Origin: Halalkalicoccus sp. NIPERK01
GTDB taxonomy: Archaea > Halobacteriota > Halobacteria > Halobacteriales > Halalkalicoccaceae
Assembly: GCF_030287405.1 (NCBI RefSeq)
Contig: NZ_JASVVV010000001.1
Location: 702,403 to 726,402 of the forward strand
DNA: 24,000 nucleotides
Direction: 5' to 3'
A model generated the notes under the pieces. That model was not told where the DNA came from, searched no databases, and saw only the letters and a list, made by a program, of their open reading frames with translations. A program made the translations under genes and the position numbers. Positions 16,303 through 22,399 of this stretch are shown here, in pieces; position 1 is the stretch's first letter; the number at the start of each line of letters is the position of its first letter.

Positions 16303-16914
16303 TCAGAGACGGACCGCGTCGCCGTCGCCCTTGTCGGCGAGCGAGTCCGGAACGTTCAGCGTGACGATGCGCTGGGAACCGGATGCGGTCGTGATCGTCA
16401 TTTCTGCGTCGTCACCCTCCGCGAGAACGGCAACGGAATCATACGTAGTACCTCCGCTCATTGAGTTGAGGTCAAGCGTGATCTCATACCGATCGCCGTT
16501 CGCGGAGAGAACACTATCGTCCACGTTCTCGGCCGTGATGGGGTCAACGGTGTATCCCGCAGTTGCGTCCCCATCACCAAAGACGATGTTCTCAGCACCA
16601 CTTGTACCGATATACTGGATGGTTAGATCCTCCAGATTGATGTCGCCCGCTCCCGGAGCTCGCTGGACCGAGAGCGTAACGGTGCTAACCGATTCGTTGT
16701 CGGTACCGACGGTCCCGATCTCACTCAACACATTGAGATTGTTCGAGACTTGCTCTGTGCTTTCCACACCAGTATCTTCGGCCTGCGTCTGGAGGAAGCC
16801 GGCCGTATTGATCAGTACGCCGGCCGCGATCGCCGCGACGAGGACCATCGCGATGAACACGATGAGGGTGCCGATTCCAACCTGACCTCTGTTTTCGTTG
16901 TTAAAGATTTCCAT
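16303..16914 (-). CDS. Archaellin (ArlA/ArlB family), distal copy
   Basis: 203 aa. Class III signal peptide with an RG|QVGIGTLIVFIAMVLVAAIAAGVLINTAGFLQ processing site. One N-x-S/T sequon (NES). Confidence 0.95.
   Translation of the reverse strand: MEIFNNENRGQVGIGTLIVFIAMVLVAAIAAGVLINTAGFLQTQAEDTGVESTEQVSNNLNVLSEIGTVGTDNESVSTVTLSVQRAPGAGDINLEDLTIQYIGTSGAENIVFGDGDATAGYTVDPITAENVDDSVLSANGDRYEITLDLNSMSGGTTYDSVAVLAEGDDAEMTITTASGSQRIVTLNVPDSLADKGDGDAVRL
16772..16891 (-). repeat. Conserved archaellin N-terminal block, copy 2 (paired with 17351-17470)
   Basis: By hand alignment, 114 of 120 nt are identical to 17351-17470. All six differences are silent. Confidence 0.8.
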
Positions 16915-16923
16915 AGTTACTCC

Positions 16924-17493
16924 TCAAAGGCTGACCGCGCTTTCGTCGTCGTTGATTGAGTCCGGTACGTTGAGCGTGAGACTGGTTTGAGCACCCGAGC
17001 CAGTCGTAATCGTCACTTGAGCGGTGTCACCCGGATTGAACGTATCCGGTGGCACCATAGTAAGTTCGTGTCGGTCTGTACTATCGATTAGAACGTTGTC
17101 ATCATCGCCAACGATGGCGGTCGTAGTAAAGGTAGAATCGCCACCGACATCAGCGTGAACGAAGTTTTCTGCATCTCCGGAGATCCATTGAATAGTGATA
17201 TCAGAGAGATCGATTACACCAGCGCCGGGTGCTTTGTGTACTGTGAGATTGATACTGGTGATATCATTCTCACCAACAGTATCGTTCACACTTCCGACCG
17301 ACGATGCGACCTGCACGCGATCGGAAACCTGCTGGGTACTCTCTACGCCCGTGTCTTCAGCCTGCGTCTGGAGGAAGCCGGCCGTGTTGATCAGTACGCC
17401 CGCCGCGATCGCCGCGACGAGGACCATCGCGATGAACACGATGAGGGTGCCGATCCCGACCTGACCTCTGTCTTCTGTCTGTATTTCGAACAT
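16924..17493 (-). CDS. Archaellin (ArlA/ArlB family), promoter-proximal copy
   Basis: 189 aa. MFEIQTEDRG|QVGIGTLIVFIAMVLVAAIAAGVLINTAGFLQ. Two sequons (NDT, NLT). It ends 9 nt before the second archaellin start. Confidence 0.95.
   Translation of the reverse strand: MFEIQTEDRGQVGIGTLIVFIAMVLVAAIAAGVLINTAGFLQTQAEDTGVESTQQVSDRVQVASSVGSVNDTVGENDITSINLTVHKAPGAGVIDLSDITIQWISGDAENFVHADVGGDSTFTTTAIVGDDDNVLIDSTDRHELTMVPPDTFNPGDTAQVTITTGSGAQTSLTLNVPDSINDDESAVSL
17351..17470 (-). repeat. Conserved archaellin N-terminal block, copy 1
   Basis: See 16772-16891. Confidence 0.8.
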
Positions 17494-17550
17494 GGTTGTT
17501 TCGAGGTTCCGCCGCTTGGACGAACCCTATCACATATCGGAATTGTTATG

Positions 17551-17560
17551 TTTATAAAAA
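17551..17560 (-). promoter_or_regulatory. TATA-like box of the archaellin promoter
   Basis: TTTATAAAAA lies about 60 nt upstream of ATG 17493, which implies a roughly 30-nt 5' UTR. Confidence 0.45.
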
Positions 17561-17573
17561 TGAGTGTCTTAAT

Positions 17574-17585
17574 ATCATATATGAT
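17574..17585. promoter_or_regulatory. Perfect 12-bp palindrome ATCATATATGAT upstream of the archaellin TATA box
   Basis: Read directly from the sequence. It sits about 14 bp upstream (relative to the minus-strand promoter) of the TATA-like box. Confidence 0.4.
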
Positions 17586-17765
17586 TTTCCAGATCGAACA
17601 TTGAGCAAAGGGAGACGACTCGCGAAGGGCGCCACGGACGCCGGTAGGGCGGTTCTAACCGGTGAGAAACCGGATCTGCCCGCGATGCCGTCCGCCACCA
17701 ACGTCCCACCGGCCGTAATTACCAGTTGGACGGGAGCTATTCGCATTTCTCCCACTAGTCGCTAT

Positions 17766-17778
17766 CTTTATTATTATC
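17766..17778 (+). promoter_or_regulatory. TATA-like box for the wHTH regulator gene
   Basis: CTTTATTATTATC is centred about 30 nt upstream of ATG 17802. Confidence 0.4.
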
Positions 17779-17801
17779 GTAAATCACATACAATTCAGTA
17801 A

Positions 17802-18140
17802 ATGTATTCCGGAGACGTCCTCCTCGTGCTCGGAAACGAGTACAACGCCGAGATCCTGGGAGCGACCGACGAACCCCGCTCCGCACAGGCGCTCAGCGAC
17901 GAACTCGACATCCCGATCGCGACCTGTTATCGACGGATCGAGGAGCTAGAGGAGGCCGACCTCCTCGAACACCAGGGGCGCGTGCTCTCCGAGGAGCGCC
18001 GCCGGGTGAGCGTCTACCGGCGGACGGTCGATCGCATCGTCGTGAACTTCGATGACGGGAACTACACGGTGAACGTCGCGGGTCGGGCGGACGTGAAGAA
18101 CAAACTGGACGAGGTCTGGCGCTCGCTTTCTACCCCTTAG
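17802..18140 (+). CDS. Small winged-helix (ArsR/TrmB-like) transcriptional regulator
   Basis: 112 aa. The HTH segment is PRSAQALSDELDIPIATCYRRIEELEEADLLE, followed by a wing (VSVYRRTV). Transcribed divergently from the archaellin genes. Confidence 0.8.
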   Translation: MYSGDVLLVLGNEYNAEILGATDEPRSAQALSDELDIPIATCYRRIEELEEADLLEHQGRVLSEERRRVSVYRRTVDRIVVNFDDGNYTVNVAGRADVKNKLDEVWRSLSTP

Positions 18141-18331
18141 CTCCACGAGGGTGGCGCTCGATCGAACCGTCTGACTGCGGGCGGATAGCCCAGCGCGACC
18201 ACGGCCGCGACACCCATCGAGATCCAGAAGTCCGACCGTCCGGTGATCACGGCGACGAGCGGTACGAGGACGAGGTAGGTCCCGAACATCGCCGGATAGT
18301 GCGACAGGAGTTCGCGCCACTTCGGGACCAT
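18137..18331 (-). CDS. Small two-TM membrane protein (64 aa)
   Basis: GC3 is high. Two hydrophobic helices (MFGTYLVLVPLVAVITG and FWISMGVAAVVALGY). It starts 24 nt downstream of the ABC ATPase stop on the same strand. Confidence 0.55.
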   Translation of the reverse strand: MVPKWRELLSHYPAMFGTYLVLVPLVAVITGRSDFWISMGVAAVVALGYPPAVRRFDRAPPSWS

Positions 18332-18355
18332 ACCGGGGGTTAGGGCCCCATCGAA

Positions 18356-19588
18356 TCACGCGTTTCGCTCCATCGCGTCGGCGACGGTCCCGAGCACCTC
18401 GCTGCCCCGCACGACCGTCGCGCGTTCACGAAGCGCGTCGTAGAGCGCCCGTGCGTCCTCGCCTGCGTAGTTCCGTTCCTCGAACGGCCGGTCCTCGACG
18501 ACGATCAGCGCGTCGCTGGCGCGCGCACACTCGAGGTTCGCGAGGTTGCCCGCACCCACCTCGACGTCGCCGACGACCGTCACGTCGGCCCGAGCGATCC
18601 GCTCGGACGCACGTTCGCGCGTTTCGGCGTCGATCGGCGCGAACGGCTCGACGGTCACGGCATCGAGGCCGAGCAGGCGGGCGGTTTCGAGGTCCGAGTC
18701 GCCCTCGCCCAGCGCTCCCACCGAGACCTCGTACCCCGCCGCCGAGAGCACGTACAACAGTCTAGAGACCGTGCCACCGCCGCCGATCACGTGGACCCGT
18801 CCCTCGCGGTCGCCACCCCGTTCGGGAAGGGCGGTGACGTAGACCGATCCCGTGACCGGGTGGCGGCTCACGACCGCCCGGGCGTCGAACGCGTTCGTCA
18901 GATTCGACTCGGTCAGGACGCTCTCGGGGGGGCCGCTCTCGACGATCCGTCCCTCCGAGAGCAGGAGGAGGTCGTCACAGTAGTGGGCCGCGAGGTTCAG
19001 GTCGTGGATCGCCGCGATCACCGTCTTGCCCTCGTCGGCGAGGTCGCGGACGAGTTCGAGCGTCCGGATCTGGTGGTTGATGTCGAGGCTCGCAGTCGGT
19101 TCGTCGAGTAAGAGTATCGGAGTGTCCTGGGCGAGCGCCCGCGCGAGGACGACCCGCTGGCGCTCGCCGCCGCTCACGGCGCCGATCGAGCGATCGGCGA
19201 ACTCCTCGGTTTCGGTCCGGGAGAGCGCCCGCTCGACGCTTTCGTCGCCCGCCGGATCCGAGGTGCGAAACCGCGACCGGTAGGGGGTCCGCCCCATCGC
19301 GACCACCTCGCGCACGTCGAAGTCGAACGAGAGGTGGGTGTCCTGGGGGACGGTCGCGACCCGCCTGCTCGCCGCGCGCGAGGGCAGGTCGTGAACCGCC
19401 TCGCCGTCGAGCAGCACGGTCCCGGCGTCGGGCTTCAACACGGCCCCGATCGCCCGCAACAGGGTGGATTTGCCCGCGCCGTTCGGACCGACGAGGCCGA
19501 CGAACCGCCCCTCCCCGATGTGGGTGCTGATGGAATCGAGGACCGCCATCCCCCCCAATCGGACGTCGAGGTCGCGGACGTCGATCAC
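18356..19588 (-). CDS. ABC transporter ATP-binding protein (BtuD/FecE/HmuV type) with a ~150-aa C-terminal extension
   Basis: I prefer GTG 19588 (VIDVRDLDVRLGG), which overlaps the permease TGA (GTGA). Walker A is GPNGAGKST, the signature is VSGGERQR, and Walker B is ILLLDEPT. An extra alpha/beta-looking domain begins at GRVHVIGGGGTV. Confidence 0.9.
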   Translation of the reverse strand: MIDVRDLDVRLGGMAVLDSISTHIGEGRFVGLVGPNGAGKSTLLRAIGAVLKPDAGTVLLDGEAVHDLPSRAASRRVATVPQDTHLSFDFDVREVVAMGRTPYRSRFRTSDPAGDESVERALSRTETEEFADRSIGAVSGGERQRVVLARALAQDTPILLLDEPTASLDINHQIRTLELVRDLADEGKTVIAAIHDLNLAAHYCDDLLLLSEGRIVESGPPESVLTESNLTNAFDARAVVSRHPVTGSVYVTALPERGGDREGRVHVIGGGGTVSRLLYVLSAAGYEVSVGALGEGDSDLETARLLGLDAVTVEPFAPIDAETRERASERIARADVTVVGDVEVGAGNLANLECARASDALIVVEDRPFEERNYAGEDARALYDALRERATVVRGSEVLGTVADAMERNA

Positions 19589-20670
19589 AGCGCGTGCACC
19601 TCCCGGGTCCGGAGGAGGTAGAGGAAGAAGGGCGCGCCGAGCGCGGCAGTTACAATGCCGACCGGCACCTCGGCGGGACCGGCCCGCGCGAGCGTATCGG
19701 TCGCGACCAGGAAGACGCTCCCCGCGAGCGCGCTCGTCGGGAGCAGGATCCGGTGGTCGGGGCCGACCAGAAGCCGCATCATGTGCGGGACGATCAGCCC
19801 CACGAACCCGATCACGCCCGAGACCGCGACCCCGGCGGCGGTGATGACGCTCGCGGCCGCCAGCAGAAGTCGTTTGGTTCGCTCGACCTCGATTCCGAGG
19901 CTCCGGGCGTCCTCCTCGCCCAGCAGGAGGACGTTGAGGTCGCCCGCGTACAGGAGGAGGAGGACGAAGACCGGGATCACCACCGGGAGCGCGAGGCGCA
20001 CGTCCGTCCACGTACTGGCGTGGAGGTGGCCCATCAACCAGTAGACCACCTGCTCTAAGCTCTCGCCGGCGCTGAGCTGGAGATACGAGATCATCGCACC
20101 CAGGAAGGTCTGGACGGCGACGCCCGCGAGCAGCAGGGTCGCGACGGGCGTTCGGCCGCCCTCGCTCGCGATCAGGTAGACCGCGAAGGCGGTGACGATC
20201 GCACAGATGAAGGCCATCGGGCGAAGCCCCAGCGAGAGCGGGAGGACGATCGAGGCGACCGCGCCCAGCGCCGCCCCCGAGGAGACGCCGATGATCGAGG
20301 GGTCGGCCATCGGGTTCCTGAAGAAGCCCTGCATCACCGTCCCCGCCGCGGCGAGCGCGAAGCCGACGACGGCCGCCAGCACCACCCGCGGGAGTCTGAT
20401 CCGTGTTACGATCGTCTCGTGGGTCTGTGGCACCCGGAAGTCGAAGGCCGACGCCCACTCGATTCGAGGAACCGGGATCGAGAGCGGGCCCGCCCCGATA
20501 GGAATCGTCGGGCCGATCCCGACCGGGAGCGCCACCGCGTTGAGGAGGACCTTCGCCACGACGACCGGGTCGACGCGGACGGGACCGAGCGCCGCGCTGA
20601 TGAGGATCACACAGACGAGGAGAACGCAGAGCCCCGCCGACCATACGCCCGTTTCGAGACGCCGACTCAC
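19585..20670 (-). CDS. FecCD/BtuC family ABC transporter permease (cobalamin/heme/siderophore class)
   Basis: 361 aa from GTG 20670 (VSRRLETGVWSAGLCVLLV). It is polytopic and ends with the typical motif PVGIVTAALGAPFFLYLL. The ORF-track extension to 20802 crosses the AT-rich promoter and the divergent gene's start. Confidence 0.9.
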   Translation of the reverse strand: MSRRLETGVWSAGLCVLLVCVILISAALGPVRVDPVVVAKVLLNAVALPVGIGPTIPIGAGPLSIPVPRIEWASAFDFRVPQTHETIVTRIRLPRVVLAAVVGFALAAAGTVMQGFFRNPMADPSIIGVSSGAALGAVASIVLPLSLGLRPMAFICAIVTAFAVYLIASEGGRTPVATLLLAGVAVQTFLGAMISYLQLSAGESLEQVVYWLMGHLHASTWTDVRLALPVVIPVFVLLLLYAGDLNVLLLGEEDARSLGIEVERTKRLLLAAASVITAAGVAVSGVIGFVGLIVPHMMRLLVGPDHRILLPTSALAGSVFLVATDTLARAGPAEVPVGIVTAALGAPFFLYLLRTREVHAL

Positions 20671-20673
20671 GAT

Positions 20674-20689
20674 AGCAACTGGAGTTGCT
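20674..20689. promoter_or_regulatory. Inverted repeat AGCAAC-tgga-GTTGCT between the TATA block and the permease start
   Basis: 6-4-6 inverted repeat read directly from the sequence. It ends 4 nt from GTG 20670. Confidence 0.35.
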
Positions 20690-20690
20690 T

Positions 20691-20710
20691 TAGGTAAATA
20701 CTTATTGAAC
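20691..20710. promoter_or_regulatory. Single AT-rich block (TAGGTAAATACTTATTGAAC) positioned to act as a bidirectional TATA element
   Basis: Its midpoint is about 28-31 nt from both divergent start codons (20670 minus strand, 20729 plus strand). Confidence 0.45.
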
Positions 20711-20728
20711 AAGTGCGCAGTCGGTCCC

Positions 20729-21802
20729 ATGCGTACAGTAGCTACGGTCGTCGTGACGCTGTTGGTGCTCACGTCGAGTCTGGGGATGGGGGTCGTCGGC
20801 ACTCACGGGGGCGTCGCGGCCGCACAACCCGAGTGTGAGTTCCCGACCACGGTGACCGACGCGACCGGCGAGGAGATCACCGTCGAGGAGGAACCCGAGC
20901 GGATCGTCGCGATGCAGCCCAGCGACGCCCAGATCCTCTGGGAGATCGGTGCCCGGGAGAAGGTCGTCGGGATGCCCGTCGGCCAGTACACCGACTATCT
21001 GGAGGGCCACGACGAGCCGGCGGACATCTCCGAGGACGACGGGATCACCGTCAGCACCGAGCGCGTGATCGACCTCGAACCCGATCTCGTGCTCGCCTCG
21101 GCGGTCGCCGACGAGGAGCAGGTCCGACAGCTCCGCGAGGCCGGCCTGACGGTCTACCAGACGCAGGACGCCACCTCGATCGACGACGTGAAGGCGAACA
21201 CCGAGACGGTCGGCCAGCTCACCGGCGAGTGTGCGGGCGCGGCAGAGACGGTCGACTGGATGAACGAGGAGATCGGGGCGATCGAGGAGGCCGCCGAGGG
21301 CGAGCAGCGGCCCACGGTGCTGTACGCGATGGGTGACGGCTTCACCGCCGGCGAGGGGACGTTCATCGCGGACGTCGTCGAGACCGCGGGCGGCGAGAAC
21401 CTCGGTAGCGAGGCCGGAATCGAGTTCTACGGCCAGATCAGCGAGGAGGTCGTCGTCTCGGAGGACCCCGACTGGATCGTCTACCCCGACAACTTCGAGG
21501 AGCCGCCCGTGAGCGAGCAGGTCATAGAGAGCACGACCGCGGGACAGGAAGATCAGGTGGTGCAGGTCGACTCCAACCGGCTGAACCAGCCCGGCCCGCA
21601 GGTCGTCTACGCGATCGGAACCCTCGCGGAGACGTTCCACCCGGACGCCTACGCGACCGCGGGGGACGGTGCGTCGACGGGGGAGGGTGACGGCGAACAA
21701 CCGGCCGACACCGATGCCGGCGAGGACCAGCCCGGCTTCGGCGTCGTCGCCGCCCTCGCGGCGCTCGTCGCCGCCGGCGTGCTCCTCTTCCGGCGGCGAT
21801 AG
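20729..21802 (+). CDS. ABC transporter periplasmic-type substrate-binding protein (BtuF/FhuD class) with a PGF-CTERM anchor
   Basis: 357 aa from ATG 20729. Signal peptide MRTVATVVVTLLVLTSSLGMGVV. The class III SBP core includes RIVAMQPSDAQILWEIG and DLEPDLVLAS. An acidic G/T/D linker precedes PGFGVVAALAALVAAGVLLFRRR. Confidence 0.88.
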   Translation: MRTVATVVVTLLVLTSSLGMGVVGTHGGVAAAQPECEFPTTVTDATGEEITVEEEPERIVAMQPSDAQILWEIGAREKVVGMPVGQYTDYLEGHDEPADISEDDGITVSTERVIDLEPDLVLASAVADEEQVRQLREAGLTVYQTQDATSIDDVKANTETVGQLTGECAGAAETVDWMNEEIGAIEEAAEGEQRPTVLYAMGDGFTAGEGTFIADVVETAGGENLGSEAGIEFYGQISEEVVVSEDPDWIVYPDNFEEPPVSEQVIESTTAGQEDQVVQVDSNRLNQPGPQVVYAIGTLAETFHPDAYATAGDGASTGEGDGEQPADTDAGEDQPGFGVVAALAALVAAGVLLFRRR

Positions 21803-21811
21803 GTCGCAAGG

Positions 21812-21820
21812 CGTTTTACC
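21812..21820 (+). promoter_or_regulatory. TATA-like box for srp19
   Basis: CGTTTTACC is centred about 26 nt upstream of ATG 21842. Confidence 0.35.
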
Positions 21821-21841
21821 TCCCGGAAAGCGAGAGGTGGT

Positions 21842-22120
21842 ATGGTCGAAAACGTGATCTGGCCCGCCTACCTCGACGCGGCGGTGTCCCGCTCGAAGGG
21901 GCGGCGGGTCCCGCAGGACCTCGCGGTCCCGGAGCCGACGGTCGACGAGATCGCCGCCGCCGCCCAGCAGGTGGGTTACGACGCCGTCATCGAGCGCGAT
22001 CGGACCTACCCCCGCGAGTACGAACCGAGGGGGCGGGTGCTCGTCAAGGACGCCGACGACGCCTCGAAGAACGACCTCGTGCAGGCGATCGCCGCCTACG
22101 TGACGGCGCTCCGGGAATGA
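21842..22120 (+). CDS. srp19: Signal recognition particle protein SRP19
   Basis: 92 aa. [19 protein letters not shown] is the canonical SRP19 N-terminus. Confidence 0.92.
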   Translation: MVENVIWPAYLDAAVSRSKGRRVPQDLAVPEPTVDEIAAAAQQVGYDAVIERDRTYPREYEPRGRVLVKDADDASKNDLVQAIAAYVTALRE

Positions 22121-22344
22121 AACGCGTCGGCGAGGTCGTCCGGACGGCACAGGGGCTCGCGATCGTGCGCTGTCTCGAGGGCGCGGAGCCCGAGATCGGC
22201 ACCGTCGTGATCGACGAGGGGCTCTCGGAGGTCGGCCGGGTCGTCGACGTGTTCGGTCCCGTCCCCAGACCGTACGTCGCCGTCACCCCGGACGACCGGG
22301 CGACGCTACCGAAACTGCTCGGTGCGAAGCTCTACGCGCGGTAG
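22117..22344 (+). CDS. gar1: H/ACA ribonucleoprotein component Gar1
   Basis: 75 aa. [18 protein letters not shown]...[30 protein letters not shown]. There is an ATGA overlap with srp19. Confidence 0.9.
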   Translation: MKRVGEVVRTAQGLAIVRCLEGAEPEIGTVVIDEGLSEVGRVVDVFGPVPRPYVAVTPDDRATLPKLLGAKLYAR

Positions 22345-22399
22345 GTGCGGAATCGGGGCGAACGGAAACGGCCAAGGCCCGCGAGCGAAAGCCGGAGGT

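Noticed and set aside
17496-17801. 101-aa plus-strand and 67-aa minus-strand ORFs in the archaellin/wHTH intergenic region
   Set aside because: Their codon usage is mixed and they run through both TATA-like boxes. The products are non-acidic with no motifs. They are more likely regulatory or non-coding sequence.
18356-20644. A 762-aa ORF that looks like a giant fusion upstream of the ABC ATPase
   Set aside because: Only the last ~410 codons look like real protein. The upstream part is Arg/Pro/Gly-rich and lies out of frame over the genuine FecCD permease gene. GTG 19588, which overlaps the permease stop, is the sensible start.
20730-20802. Longer permease start (ATG 20730 or 20802) overlapping the binding-protein start
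   Set aside because: It would require coding through the AT-rich low-GC3 block and would leave both divergent genes without promoter space. GTG 20670 gives a normal short N-terminus before TM1.
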